Shown: one piece after another, positions 1 to 12,964 of the stretch
Layout: each line of letters begins with the position of its first letter
Position numbering within the stretch: the first letter of the stretch is position 1
Source of the DNA: Leucoraja erinacea
Taxonomy: Eukaryota
Length of the DNA: 64,000 nucleotides
Direction: 5' to 3'
Assembly: GCF_028641065.1 (NCBI RefSeq)
Contig: NC_073396.1
Span: 13,454,001 to 13,518,000 of the forward strand
Position numbers and translations under genes: made by a program
Notes under the pieces: model-generated
What the model was told of the DNA's origin: nothing
Database searches by the model: none
Seen by the model: only the letters and a program-made list of their open reading frames with translations

Positions 1-430
1 GCAATGGGAAGATCCAGATGTTGGATCGGATTAAGTGGGTGTATGAGGGAACTATTGTCTATAAGAAGGAGTGCAGTAGAATTTGGGTAATCCAGTTTCT
101 GATTGTTTGAAAATCCTGATGGTTTGGTGCCTGACTCAATGAATGCTGCATCCCATGCTTCCTTTAACACACCACAGTCCGAGTTCCTGTGCTCCCTCGA
201 AACTAATTTGGAAAGTTGAAGAGAAAGGGCTGAAAGATGGTGCTGGACAATGAAAAATTTAATGATAAACAAAGTGTTTTGGCAAGGTACATCGTGTACA
301 AAGCGTGCACTTGTAAATGGTCAGAGGAGGCATAATTAAAAGACAAAATTAAAACATTCATGGCGCTAATAGCAATTACAACCAAATAAAAAAAAAAGTG
401 GTTTCAAGATGACCAGGGCTGGAAAACTAA

Positions 431-505
431 ATAGAAACATAGAAATTAGGCGCAGGAGTAGGCCATTCGGCCCTTCGAGCCTGCACCGCCATTCAATATG
501 ATCAT
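431..505 (-). mobile_element. CR1/HER1 LINE 3' tip
   Basis: Reverse complement of the 3'UTR/tail (gaagggccgaatggcctactcctgc...tttctatgtttcta) seen at 1140-1222. Confidence 0.8.
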
Positions 506-654
506 ATTCTGAAGTTCCTCACATTCCTGAAGGATGGAAAGGGAAAAGGGGAGGGTGAGCCATTAATGAAGGCAGTGATCGATGTACTTGTGGAAACTAA
601 TCTTGCTCATGATCAAAATGTAGCGTTAAAAAAAATAGCAGGGTAAAGCAGTCA

Positions 655-880
655 TAAGCCGTAGGAGTAGAATGAGGCCATTCGGCCCATCGAGTCTGCT
701 CTGCCATTCGATCGTGACTGATCGATTTTTCCCTTTTAACCTCATTCTCTGGCCTTCTCCCCATAACATTTGACGCCCTCATTAATCAAGAACGTATTAA
801 TAATCAAGAACTGTGCTTTACAAATACCAATGATTTGCCCTCCACAGCCATCTGTGGCAATGAATTCCCCAGATTTGATA
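655..880 (-). mobile_element. CR1 LINE 3' fragment
   Basis: ggccattcggcccatcgagtct...ctccacagcc.tctgtggcaatgaattcc, matches other CR1 3' ends. Confidence 0.7.
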
Positions 881-885
881 CACTC

Positions 886-1222
886 TGGTAAAAATGTTCC
901 CAATGTTGGGCAAGTCCAGAACCAGGGGCCACAGTCTTAGAATAAAGGGGAGGTCATTAAAGACTGAGGTGAGAAAAAACTTTTTCACCCAGAGAGTTGT
1001 GAATTTATGGAATTCCCTGCCACAGAGGGTAGTGGAGGCCAAATCACTGGATGGATTTAAGAGAGAGTTAGATAGAGCTCTAGGGGCTAGTGGAGTCGAG
1101 GGATATGGGGAGAAGGCAGGCACGGGTTATTGATAGGGGACGATCAGCCATGATCACAATGAATGCCGGTGCTGGCTCGAAGGGCCGAATGGCCTCCTCC
1201 TGCACTTATTTTCTATGTTTCT
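886..1222 (+). mobile_element. CR1/HER1 LINE 3' end (young, 5'-truncated)
   Basis: ORF 894-1133 encodes the CR1 ORF2 C-terminus (SRTRGHSLRIKG...FFTQRVVNLWNSLP), then 3'UTR and ttctatgtttct tail. Confidence 0.92.
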
Positions 1223-1229
1223 CTGTAAC

Positions 1230-1428
1230 TCTTCTCCATTCTGAAGGTATGTCCTATACACTCTTCCACTTCTGTATTATTACTAGTTTATGTATTAATA
1301 TGTATTATTGCTAATTTAGTTGGTATGTATTATGACCTCCAATTATTAACTATGGCGATATATGTGGCACGTCATCTGCTTACAAACATGGGTCTTGACC
1401 CCTATGCAAAAAAGGTTGCCGACCCCTG
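1230..1428. mobile_element. hAT (Charlie-like) non-autonomous element, right end only
   Basis: Ends aaaaggttgccgacccctg (revcomp CAGGGGTCGGCAACC, hAT-type TIR) followed by aTCTAGgc; left TIR not found. Confidence 0.5.
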
Positions 1429-2089
1429 ATCTAGGCCTTTCATTATTCGGTAGGTTTCAAGGAGATTCCCCCTCATTCTTTCACATTCCCACGAGTGCAG
1501 GCCCAGATCCATCAAACACTCCTCAAACCCTATCATCCCCAGGGTTTCAGCCATGGCTGGGATGAGTCCGTAAGCTCCTGGAGGAGCTACCCAACAGGAC
1601 AGTCAAAATCACAAAATAGTTACTAGGAGCAGAATAAGGCCATTCGGCCCATGAATCTGCAATTCAATTATGGCTGATCTATCTTCCCTTTCGACCCCAT
1701 TCTCCTGGCTTCACCCTATAACCCCTGACTCCCTTACTAATCAAAAATCAAATAATGGGTCGTTATTAAAAAAAAAAGATACTGGAGTAACTATGAGTGG
1801 CTTTCATCTCCATATTGAATTGATCATGTCAGACCTGAGGTGTATTTTTTAAGTGCATTTGCTGCAGTTTCTTGTAAAGTGTGGCCACGTACTATTAGAT
1901 GTGACCTACTGTAAGTATTGTATGTAATGACCAACTGCTCTCTTTATATATTTTGCAATGCGTGGACAGATATCCAGAGTCTGTGTCACATGTGGAGAGA
2001 AGCTGTCTGCCTGTGTGGTAATAAGCACACAGCAGGGATATGCTATTTGTTTTTATTCCAAGTTATTTGGTTTAATGAAACACTTTGTT

Positions 2090-2680
2090 AGCTTGGGGAT
2101 GAAAGCTGATCTTATTGAAACATACAGAATTCTTAGGGATCTTGGCATGATGGTTGAAGGGATATTGATTTCCCCTGGCTGGAGTATCTAGATCCAGGGG
2201 TCACAGTGTCAAATAAGGGATTGGTCATTCAAGACAGATGAAAAGTTGAAGACAAAATAAATTTCTTCACCCAGATGGATGGTGAATCTTTGCAAACCTC
2301 AGTTCAGGAGACTTGTGGAGGCTCAATCAATAGAGATTGATTGTTTTTTGATATTAAGGAATATATGCTGTACATACGTAGCTTTAAGGTGAGAGGGGGA
2401 AAGATTCAACGAGGTATGCGGGGCAGGTTTTTGATACAGGGAGTGGTGGAGGCCTGGAATGTATTGTCATGGGTGGTGGTGAAGGCAGATCTGATGGAGG
2501 CATTTAAGAAGCTTTTTGATACAATACAAAACAATATGGTTTTATTCGTCACATTGGACATAAAGTGCAAGTGAAATGAATTTGCCAGCAGCGGTACAAT
2601 GATAAAGAACACACAATACACACTAATGTGTTCATGTTCACAGTCCACATGGAAGTGCAGGGAATAGAGGGATATGGACC
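2090..2680 (+). mobile_element. Degenerate CR1 fragments, interrupted at ~2517-2645 by a minus-strand Rex1-type tail
   Basis: DLIETYRILR and SFKVRGGK...VVEAWNVL peptides; insert is the revcomp of the 33840-33940 tail. Confidence 0.6.
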
Positions 2681-2960
2681 ATTCAGGGACTGTTTCTTCC
2701 CAGCTGTTTTTGGGCAACTGAACCATCCTACTAACAACTAGAGGTAGTTCTGAACTACCAGCTACCTAATTGGAGACCCTCGGACTATCTCTGATCAGAC
2801 TTTACTAGCTTTATCTTGTAATATTAGTCACGTCCTTCCCTTTATCATGTATTTGTACACTGTGGATGGTTTGATTGTATTCATGTATAGTCTTTCCACT
2901 GGTTAGCACGCAACAAAAGCTTTTCACTGTACCTCGGTACACATGACAATAAACTGAACT
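2680..2960 (+). mobile_element. Rex1/Babar-like LINE 3'UTR
   Basis: ttcttcccagctg...caactgaaccatcc...aaagcttttcactgtacctcggtacacatgacaataaactgaact; same family at 23310-23560, 26690-26945, 34935-35080. Confidence 0.65.
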
Positions 2961-3651
2961 TGTGTACAGGCAGATGAGATCAGTTGAACTTGGCATCATG
3001 TTCGGCACAAACATTGTGGGATGAAGGGCCCATTTCTGTGCTGTACTGTTCTATGTTACATAGTAAATGAAGGGATTTGAGATTAATGCAGGAAGCTGGC
3101 AATGAGGTAAAAGAACAGCAACCACATTGAAAGAAGGGGAAGCACAATGGGCTGAATCGCATCCTCCAGCTTTGATTTCTGTATTTGAGATTTGACTTTG
3201 TTCACAAGTTTCTCAAGTTATAAGAGTAGAATTAGGCCATTCGGCCCATCTGGTCTACTCTTTCATTTAATCATGACTGATCTCATTTTCCTCCTAATCC
3301 CATTTAATCCCATATAAATATCCACTGACTTGCGCGTTTGCGATCATTCTGTTTGTTTGAGAAAACCTTCTTCAGCATTTAGCTCCGAGGCCTTGCAGTG
3401 ACATCATCCACCATGTGGCACAGGGTTGGAGGTGAAAGTTCATCTGAAGTTGGGTCATTTGTTTAGCAACTTGCTGGGCACTCCCGGGGAGTGAGGCTAC
3501 TACTCATTGAAGCTGTGCAATTTGAGAGTTTCCATTCAGGCCAGGTTCTGTCTTTGTGTAACACGGATGAGGTACAGAGCTGGTGGGTTAATATGTCAGT
3601 GAACACATACCCCCATATTATACCCTGACATAGACTCCTATAACCTGTACC

Positions 3652-3765
3652 ATGACCTGAAATGTCACCCGTCCATTCCTTCCACAGATACTGTCTGACC
3701 CGCTGAGTTACTTCAGCACTTAGAGTTATTCGCAAGATTCCAGCATCTGCAGTTCCTTGCCTTTC
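3652..3765 (+). mobile_element. Penelope-like terminal repeat (hammerhead repeat family A), degenerate
   Basis: gacccgctgagttacttcagcac...ccagcatctgcagttcc. Confidence 0.7.
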
Positions 3766-3969
3766 CTGTATAAAGCAGTTTGGGGAACGGAAATTCATCC
3801 TTGTGGAATTTACAAACCACTATCCAAAAAAATGGATGAACATTTTGCTCTTCTGAAGTGTATGTGAAAAAACATCTAAAAAACACAAACTGCGAAAGAA
3901 GCAGCAAATGTCGTTAATTTTTATCAAGGGTATATTGGAAAGTTGACATTTTTCTAGGAATATAACCCC

Positions 3970-4200
3970 TCTGTGGTGAATCTGTGAAATTCATTGCCAT
4001 AGACAGCTGTGGAGGCCATGTCAATGGACATTTTAAAGGCAGAGATAGATAGATTCTTGATATGGGTGTCAGGGTTTATGGGGAGAAGGCAGGAGAATGG
4101 AGTTAGAAGGGAGAGATAGATCAGCCATGGTTGAATGGTGGAGTAGACTTGATGGGCCGAATGGCCTAATTCTGCTCTTATCGCTTATGACCTTATGACC
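3970..4200 (+). mobile_element. CR1 LINE 3' fragment
   Basis: gtggtgaatctgtg.aattcattgcca...gatgggccgaatggcctaattctgctc, (ttatgacc)2 tail. Confidence 0.8.
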
Positions 4201-4599
4201 TGTAATGCAGGGGTGTAATGTGTAATACCAGGTACGGTACAGGGTAGCACAGAACTGCTGATTTGCAACCCAGGCTAAAACTTGGGTTTAATCCTTGCCT
4301 CCGATGTTGTCCGTCTGGCGTTTCTATGTTCCTCCTGTGACCACATGGGTTTTTCCTGGGTGCTCCGGTTTCCACCCACATGTTGGGTTTAGTAGGTGAA
4401 TTAGCTGCCATTAATTTCCCCCTCGCGTGTAGGTGAGCAGTAGAATCTGGGGGGAATTGAGAGCATCGTGGGGAAAGTAAAACAGGGTTGATAACGGATT
4501 CATGTAAAGGGGTGAACTGCAAAGGGATGATGGACAGACTTGGTGGATTGAACTGTTTCTGCCTGTTTCTGAGAATCCGCAAAAAATGATAGTTCTTTC

Positions 4600-4700
4600 T
4601 TCAGTCTGAAGAAGGGTCTCAACCTGAAACATCAGCCATTCCTTCTAACCAGAGATACTACCTGTCCCGCTGAGTTACTCTAGCATTTTGTGTCTATCTG
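4600..4700 (+). mobile_element. Penelope-like terminal repeat A with hammerhead-like core
   Basis: cagtCTGAAGAagggtctcaacctGAAAcatc...cccgctgagttactctagcattttgtgtcta. Confidence 0.75.
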
Positions 4701-4844
4701 TTGTTCTTTCTAATGAATCCAGCATTTTTCTCGTATATTTGGGGAGACATCATAATATGTGTTACTGCTATTTTTCCAAATTTGCTTTTTGGGTCACCAC
4801 CTGATTCCTTCCTAAAATCATAAGGGTTTTAAAGCTCTTGTCGT

Positions 4845-5325
4845 AGAATCATTGAGATGTACAGCACAGAAACAGTCCCTTGAATCAGTATGTTCATGCT
4901 AACCATCTTGCCTATTGATACTACTCCTAATTGTTTGCATTAATTCCATGTTACTCTATGCTCTGCTCATTCATGTACCTGCCCAAATGCTTTTAAATGT
5001 CATTCCTCACTCCACCACCTCCTCTGGCAGCTCATTCCAGATACCAATGACACTTTGTAAGAACAAAATCCCCCTCAAATCTTTAAACCTCTTCTTAAAT
5101 CTATACACTCCGCTTTTAGAGACTCCTGTTATTATTACCTGGTGCTTGCACGATCTAAACGTCTCATAATTTTATACACCTCACTTGATAACTCCAATCC
5201 TGGTAATATTATTGTGAATATTTTCTGCACTCGCTCCAGCTTAACCACATCTTCCCCACAGTGTGTGAGCCATATAGTGCGCACAATGCTCCAAGTGCGA
5301 TCATACCAATGCTTTGTACAAAAAG
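4845..5325 (-). mobile_element. Old CR1 fragment
   Basis: Peptide DVVKLERVQKIFTIILPGL (CR1 ORF2). Confidence 0.6.
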
Positions 5326-6287
5326 TCACGTCCGCTGTGTATGAGCTGAACTCTCAAAGAATTAACAAGTGTAGTGGCGGAGGTGGACGTTTAGAGTCTT
5401 GGTGTTGTCTGAACCCATCATGAGGACCCTAGGATGCAGACGTGTTGAATGGTTTCAGAGATGCAAGGGAGCAATTAGATGGAATTGGAGGAAATTGAGC
5501 TTGTGGAACCATCTATCATCCAGTCTATCATTCAGTCCAATATGGGAATCTGTATGACAGTTTCCATTCAGTGGAGGGTTTGGGAGGTGAGGGACAGGTG
5601 GAGATGAGATGGTGTTAACTAATGCTCTGCTATTCCCGGTTCACTGTCTGCATTCTTGTGTCAGTCACAAGGGTCAGGGTTGTTCCAACTGTACCAGACG
5701 GGCAAAGAAAGAGAGAAAAGGGGAGAATGGATGGGAGAGATTTTACACCCATCTTGTTGCAGTGTAAATGATGTGTGACCAAGGAACTTGTGTCTTCTGG
5801 AATTGCCGGAAGCCTTCTAACATTCCATTTGTTATGACTCAGTGCAATAAATATAGAGGAGTCCATCAATGAAGCCTTGTTCTCCCTTAAAGTCTGCCAT
5901 GGAATCGAATGTCTTGAACAGGGGCATTCACAGCGGAAATCTTCAGAATTAAACCATGGATATTTGAAAATTACTGGGTTACTCAAATAGCTATTTTTTC
6001 CTAATTTTATTAATAGTTCCGGGCTCATTTCCTCTTGCATTTGTACTGATTTACAGAACGTATAAACTCAGCTGTATAATTGGAGCCAATGGGATATTGC
6101 ATGGCTACAGTTCAGAAGATAATTGTAACGATTCAGTAATAGCCTCGGTAAATGAAGAAATGATTTGCATGAACTGCCAAAGTGAGACAAATATTTACTG
6201 CTTTTGGAAGACCTAGTTGGGTAAAGACACATATTGTCTGCCTGAAACTTCCTGATATTCCAGCGTGAGTAATTGTCCTCAACTGAA

Positions 6288-6597
6288 GGGCAGCACGGTG
6301 GCGCAGCGGTAGAGCTGCTACCTCAGAGCGCCAGAGACCCGGGTTCGATCCTGACTACGGGTGATCAAATGTCTGTACAGAGTTAGTACATTCTCTCTGT
6401 GACCACATGGGTTTTCTCCAGTGCTCCGGTTTACTCCCACATTCCGAACTCGTCGAGGTTTGTAGGGTAATTGGCTCCGGTAAAGTTGTATATTGTCCTT
6501 GGTGTGCGGGATAGTGCTAGTGTATGAGGTGATCACTGATCGGCACTGACTCAGTGTGCCGAAGGGCCTATTTCCGTGCTGAATTTCAAGTCTAAAG
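6288..6597 (+). mobile_element. HE1-type tRNA-derived V-SINE, full length
   Basis: A box gtggcgcagcgg, B box gggttcgatcc, V-domain tgggttttctcc.gtgctccggttt.ctcccaca, LINE-like 3' end gccgaagggcct.tttccgtgct. Confidence 0.88.
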
Positions 6598-7562
6598 AAT
6601 GCCACAATCTAATGTACAGGACCATGCACCAAGGGGCACACTGCTTGGAAGTGAATTTTACTTGTCCAGTAATGCTTAAATGCAGAAATAACCTGAGTGA
6701 ATTAAGCCATTGCCAAGTCTCTCCTCTGGGGAAAGGACAGTGTATAAGGTCATCCCACCGCTGGGCCCTGAGGGCTGGTCATCAGGCGTATCACTGATGC
6801 AATGTTTGGGAAGAAAAAATTGTTGCCATTGTTGACAAATATTGCAAGCAAATGTAATAATGTGCCCAGTATAGTGAGCGGTGAAGCATGAATGTTCAGG
6901 GTTGTATAATTACAACTGCCATGAATAATATATATTTTTGGAAAAATATGTGGGCCAATGATGCTGCGACTTGCAGTGGTCTGGGTGGGATTGTACCTCG
7001 CTATGCTGTGGGGGGTCTCCATGTGTAGTCCACGGCTTTGTTGCCCTTCCCACCCCTCCACCCCACAAACCACGTTGCTCTCATCTTGATGGTCCTTTGA
7101 TGGGGCTGCCATGGAGATGTCCATTTGAAATTGGATTGAACCCATATTTTGTTAATGGTAATGGTAGTAGAATTAGGCCATTCAGCCCATCGAGCCTACT
7201 CAGCCATTCAATCATGGCTGATCCCTGCCTCCTAATCCCATTTTCCTGCCTTCTCCCCGTAACCCTTGACACCCGATCATGGTTTGTACATAACTCTATC
7301 ATTAATTCAAGGAGTCACCAAAAACAAATCTCAATCTTGCGACAAGCTGACTTGCCTTTCAGTAGCCAGTGCACAGAAAACCAAGTAACAGTGACATCTG
7401 TGTCGTGCACTGTGTCGGGCCTGTGAATAGTTTAGGCCTTCTCGAAGTCCTATGTTTATTAGCTACTGTATATTGTCCCTGTTTTGTGTGGATGACAGGA
7501 GAATTGAGGGGGCGGTGTTTTGGAGGGAGTTGATGGGTGCATGAATGACAATGGGTTGGAGG

Positions 7563-8120
7563 GAATAATAATAATTATAATAAACTTTATTTCACTCGAG
7601 GACAAGAGAAGGGACAACATTACATAAAAATACATTGCATATAAAAACATCATGAAATGCATATAAAATCTTAGTATATCACATAAAAGCATCACAAATT
7701 ATATATTAAAAAAATCATAATACATGAATAAAAAAGAATGATCAATGTCCTACAACGAGACAACGATACCAGTGCCTCCACAGCTGGGATTCGCAGTGTG
7801 TAGTGCAAAACCTTATGTTTGACAATGCCACAATAATTACATTTTTAGAGTAATTTATCCTGCAAATGAATTTATGCATATAATTCCTTAGGATAGCTTC
7901 TAAAGTACAGACTTCTGCAGCCACAAACGTGTTACTAGCACTACACCACCTAGGTTTCCTTAGCAGTGTTCTCATGGCATCATTATAGGGCACCTTTAAT
8001 GTCTGCAAACTTGTGTTTCCATAGTTCGACCACAGGTGTGCAGTATAGAGTGGTGTGCAATATGCTCTAAACAGCGACATCTTCACCACATCTGTACACG
8101 CACCAAACTTACGCAAGAGG
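7563..8120 (-). mobile_element. RTE-X-like LINE 3' end
   Basis: ORF 7742-8116 (LFRAYCTPLYTAHLW...YNDAMRTLLRKPRWCSAS), then AT-rich 3'UTR, aataaa and (att)n tail. Confidence 0.75.
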
Positions 8121-8291
8121 AAATTATCTGGGGAATCGGAATGATGTAAATGCTCAGTAAGGCGACATAGACTTGGTGCTCTCCTATGACATAAAGGAAT
8201 ATGAAATATGAGGAACTACAGGAAGCTTGTCCTTATATTGAGATTTGTTTTTAGTGACCCATTGATTTAATGATCGAGCTACGCACAAACC

Positions 8292-8500
8292 AGGAGTCGA
8301 GAGCGTTTTCTTGTCATAAATCTCAAACAGAACAATGTAATTCTTAATTGCAACAGCACAACAGAATATGTTGACATAGTTCACTGTAAAGAATATATTA
8401 AACAAAAAAAATTTCAACACACATACGTACGCACATACATGCGCATAAAACAAACAAACAATAATTGTGTTAAAAGACACAAAAATCTGAACTTCCTTGT
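8292..8500 (-). mobile_element. Rex1-type LINE 3' tail
   Basis: Revcomp matches 19190-19340 (tgttgtgctg...gcaa.taa...tatgacaagaaaac.ctct.gactc). Confidence 0.55.
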
Positions 8501-9739
8501 CATGTATATTTTTTCCCAGCAGCAGCAATAGGTTTTGGCGGCACAGTGGTGCAGCCAGTGAGTATACTGCCTCACAACTTCTGCAGCACAGGTCCTGGCT
8601 GACCTTGGTGCAGTCTGTGGAATTTGCATGTTCTTCTAATGACTGTACAGGTTTCCTTTGGGTGTTCCAGTCTCCTCACACTCTCAGGCGAGAGGTTATC
8701 AGTTTAGACCACAATCATATGGAAATCTTTCCAAAACATTGTGATTCAGGAGTGATCTTTCACACTTCATTTCTGTCCCTTTGTGAACTTTTTGATTTAG
8801 GTAAACATCATGGGGTTTGGGGACAGAGTTAAGTGTCACAGTTTGTGCCTTTAAAGTTGTATATTTTTATAAATGACTATAGAGGTTGTTGCCAAAAGCA
8901 CTTCTGAACTGACACCCCTCCTTAGCTTGAAATCACCTCCCGTCTTTCTTTTTACTCCCACTGCTCATTGCAACAGCCTCAGGACTTTCGTGTTTATTAA
9001 TTGTTGCATTTTCAACAGATCAAATGTCTGCAGGATTCTTGTGGTTTTATCACAAGAGGACACGAGTTATCTCAAGAATTGCTTGATACTAGTTTAGCGG
9101 TTGTATTAGAAATGGATTTTCAGAACTAATATCTATAGTTTTAAAACATACATATATCAACAAATGTATTAAAAAAAGCATGATTATAGGAATTTTTAAA
9201 ATATGGTCCTTTACAAAATTGTGGCATAGAAGCAAAGTGCCAGAGCAACAATCATTATGTGAGCCATCCTTTATACAGCACCAGTCCAACTATTTATGCG
9301 ACATTCTTTTTCTGCTTTATTTCATTTTGAATTATCTCCTCGGGCGGTTTGGCTGCGAGAGTGTGGAAAGTGTTGTTGCCTCTGTGAAACTGTTTCTGCA
9401 CAGCACTCTGGCAAAATAGTGAAACATTCCAAGGAGGTTCACAGAGATTTTCGCCAATAGAACCATTAGCAAACCACATGAAGAGATGTGCAAACATGTA
9501 TCCTCCGAGCTGTTTCTGCTCAAGTCTCTGGAGGAAAATTTGAAGCCACAACGTTCTGACTCCTTGAACTACCAGCAAGGCCACAGTGGAAGAATAGAAG
9601 TGGTGTCGGCCATTCAGCCCCCTTGTGCTCTGCTGTTCAAAATGAGCATTGCTGATTCTGTTCTTCCAGTAACGTTTCTCCGCGCTAACTCAAGATTCCC
9701 CGATTCTCTTGATATCTTAAAATTCATTATCTCTGTCTG

Positions 9740-10333
9740 GAATGAATGAATAAGTTTATTGGCCAAGTATTCACATACAAGGAATTTGCCTTGGTGCTCC
9801 ACCCACAAGTGACAACATGACATACAATGACAGTTACGAATGACACATAAAACACTGAATATTAATAATAAAACACCATTGATTAAACATGTGAACCAAA
9901 CAAAATACCAAAGCAAAATGAGGCTACAGATTTTTGGCTGTTGAGTAGAGAAAAAGCTGTTTTTCTGTCTGGCTGTGGCAGCTTTGACAGTCTGGAGTCG
10001 CCTTCCAGAGGGAAGTGATTCAAAGAGTTTGTGGCCAGGGTGAGAGGGGTCAGAGATGATCTTACCCGCTCGCTTCCTGGCCCTTGCAGTGTACAGTTCG
10101 TCAATGGAGGGAAGGTTGCAGCTAATAACCTTCTCAGCTGATCGAACGATTCGCTGCAGCCTCTGGGTGTCGTGCTTGGTGGCTGAGCCAAACCAGACCA
10201 TGATGGAGAAGGTGAGGACAGACTCTACGATGACCGTATAGAATTGGACCATCATTGCCTGTGGCAGATTGTGCTTCCTCAGCTGCCGTAGGAAGTACAT
10301 CCTCTGTTGTGCCTTTTTGACTGAAGTCATTGA
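9740..10333 (-). mobile_element. Rex1/Babar LINE 3' end inserted into an older CR1
   Basis: KKAQQRMYFLRQLRK...ESVLTFSIMVWFGS...DPSHPGHKLFESLPSGRR...KNSFF; aataaa and (attc)n tail; CR1 remnants flank both sides (9590-9740, 10335-10700). Confidence 0.88.
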
Positions 10334-10902
10334 CCAAGCCTCTACAGCTCTTTCGGGTAGAGGAAAGATTCTGCCTGCTTTGTGAAGAAATGTTTCCTTA
10401 TTTTTGTCCTGATTAGCTGTTCCCTTAATATTCAAACCACAACCCTTAGTTCTAAACACATCAGCCAGGGAAAACATCATCCTGTGTCAAGTCTATCCGG
10501 CCAGGATGAATTTGGTATTTAATTAGATAATCTCTCATTCTTCTAAGGTCAAGAGACTACACACCTAATGTGTTTACTCTCTCCTCATCCTACAAACATG
10601 CCATCCCTCGAATTAACCTGGTGAACCTTCATTGCCATATCTCTGTCCTTCCTGAGGTTGGGAAATCAGACATGTATACAATACACCAGTACCTCACTCA
10701 GTATTCAGGATGTATTTATGGCTGCAAGACTGCTAATTGCATCAGCCACTTTTTCGAGGGGCATTGCATTTATTGCACTTATCAGTGGAGCATCAATGAT
10801 GTAAAATGCTTTAATCAGCTGAGTCGGCAAAACAGAATGGCCGATTACAGTGGGCTGTCTGGACAAATTTGGAAATCTGACAAACTGTGTGTTAATACTC
10901 AA

Positions 10903-11195
10903 GGAGGCACGGTGGCGCAGCGATAATTGCTGCCTTACAGCCCCAGAGACACGGATTTGATCCTGACTATAAGTGCTGTCCGTATGGCGTTTGTACATTC
11001 TCCTTGTGACCACGTGGTTTTCTCCGGGTGCTCAGGTTTCCTCCCACACTGCAAAGACTTACATCTTTGTAGGTTATTTGGCTTCTGTAAGTTGTAAATT
11101 GCCCCTTGTATATACAATAGTGCTAGTGTGCACGAAGGGCCTGTTTCCATGCTGTATCTCTCTCTCTAAAGTCTAATAAGGTCTAATAAGGTCTG
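10903..11195 (+). mobile_element. HE1-type SINE
   Basis: tRNA head ggcacggtggcgcagcg, V-domain, tail taaagtctaataaggtct. Confidence 0.85.
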
Positions 11196-11612
11196 ACTAT
11201 TTATGGCATTTTTACTTTCTAGTATTTTGTTGTAATTTTCACCCCCATGGCTAAGAGCTCCATAACAGATCAGCACTGCCATCTATTATTTATCTTACTA
11301 CTTTTCTAAACTACATTCTGAATTCTCTGAGAGGCACCCAGCCCCATGCCAAGCTCATTTAAAACCTCACCAAATATCACCTGCATCCAACCCCCTATCC
11401 CCCTGTGAGGTGGAGGTCATGTATGGTTTGATTTGACAAAGTTATGCACTGTATCTAGGCACACATGACAACAATAATTAAAAAAACACGAAACCTGATG
11501 TGGACCACTTGTTCTGTGGCTATTTAGTGATGTCCTTGACCTTGGCACCTGAGAGGCATGTCTATGGCCACAGAAATATTAGCCTTTTGCCCAATTGAAT
11601 TCCCTTTTACAG

Positions 11613-11737
11613 TTGTGTAAGAAGGAACTGCAGATGCTGGTTTACACAGAATCTGGAGTAAGTCAGTGGGTCAGGCAGCATCTCTGGAGAAAAGGAATAG
11701 GTGACGTTTTGGGTCAGAAGACCTTTCTTCAGACTGT
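11613..11737 (-). mobile_element. Penelope-like terminal repeat A
   Basis: aggaactgcagatgctggttt...gggtcaggcagcatctctggag...ttcttcagactg. Confidence 0.75.
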
Positions 11738-12003
11738 CTATCCCCTTTCCCAGTTGTTCTCTCGTTCTTATTCTCCACCTATGCAAGTGAGTCACTCACA
11801 GTGCCTGCTCCAGCTATACTTCCCCCAAGGAGATATCTCCTCTGATGGCATCCAAAACAGAAGATATGATGGAGAATGAGATTTACTTGGGATTCATATA
11901 CTACCTGCCTGCTGCTCCCCTGTATACTGGGTTGTTACCCATCCCTGTTCATGTTTAAGTGAGTAATATATTTCAAGTCTCGCAAAACATATTGTATGCT
12001 GTT

Positions 12004-12460
12004 AGACACAAAATGCTCGAGTAATTCAGTGGGTCAGGCAGCATCTCTGGAGAAAAGTAATAGGGTGACGTTTCGGGTCGAGATCCTTCTTTAACTCTCA
12101 GTTTGAAGAAAGGTCTTGACCCGAAACGTCACCTATTCCTTTCCTCCAGAGATGCTGTGAATTTATGGAATTCCCTGCCGCAGAGGGCAGTGGAGGCCAA
12201 GTCACTGGATGGATTTAAGGGAGAGTTAGATAGAGCTCTAGGGGCTAGTGGAGTCAAGGGATATGGGAAGAAGGCAGGCACGGGTTATTGATAGGGGACG
12301 GTCAGCCATGATCACAATGAATGGCGGTGCTGGCTCGAAGGGCCGAATGGCCTCCTCCTGCACCTATTTTTTATGTTTCTCTGCTACCTGACCCTCTGAG
12401 TTACTCCAGCATTTTGTGTCTATCTTCGGTATAAACCAGCACCTGCAGTTCCTTCCTACA
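12004..12460. mobile_element. Inverted pair of Penelope-like terminal repeats A, with a nested CR1
   Basis: Minus arm 12004-12097, plus arm 12098-12157 and 12383-12460 ending in the tail cagttccttcctaca. Confidence 0.8.
12156..12382 (+). mobile_element. CR1/HER1 3' end (young)
   Basis: Near-identical to 997-1222; VNLWNSLPQRAVEAKSLDGFK. Confidence 0.9.
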
Positions 12461-12964
12461 GATAATTATGCTATTTTGATCCTTTTTGGAGCAAATGGTG
12501 TCAGATTGTAGCTTTATAGGTGTAGCAATGCCATTTTCCTGTTGCCTCGCATAAAGGCACATTTTCTAATGGATGCTGCTGTTGAGATCTTTCTTTAACC
12601 AACTTGCTATTTATTTTGGGAGTATTCAGATTAAATGTTATAACTGAGGTCTTCATATTGCCCAATTCCAAAGGGCCATTTGGCAGGATGTACACAGTGT
12701 TTTCCCAAGTAATTGAGTTGGCAACCCCTAGCTTTCCGACTTGTGAAAACACCAGGCTTGTTTGTTTGAGGGTTATGTGAATCCCCAAACAACCAGATGG
12801 ATTTCCACCAAAGAGGCAACAGACATTTCAAGGAAAAAATATCCTGCATTGCAAATTCAAACTAGAACCAAAATAGTGAAAATAACAAAACCTGCCACAG
12901 AATCCACTTTTCTCGAAAAGATCCACAAATTGCTTGTTCCCTTTATTTTTCGAATTTCAAATTC

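Noticed and set aside
6288-6360. tRNA genes (A/B boxes at SINE starts)
   Set aside because: Each runs into a V-domain and LINE-like tail, so these are SINE heads, not cloverleaf tRNAs.
9614-10480. 288-aa ORF as a gene
   Set aside because: Chance read-through fusing CR1 remnants with a Rex1 ORF2 end and its UTR.
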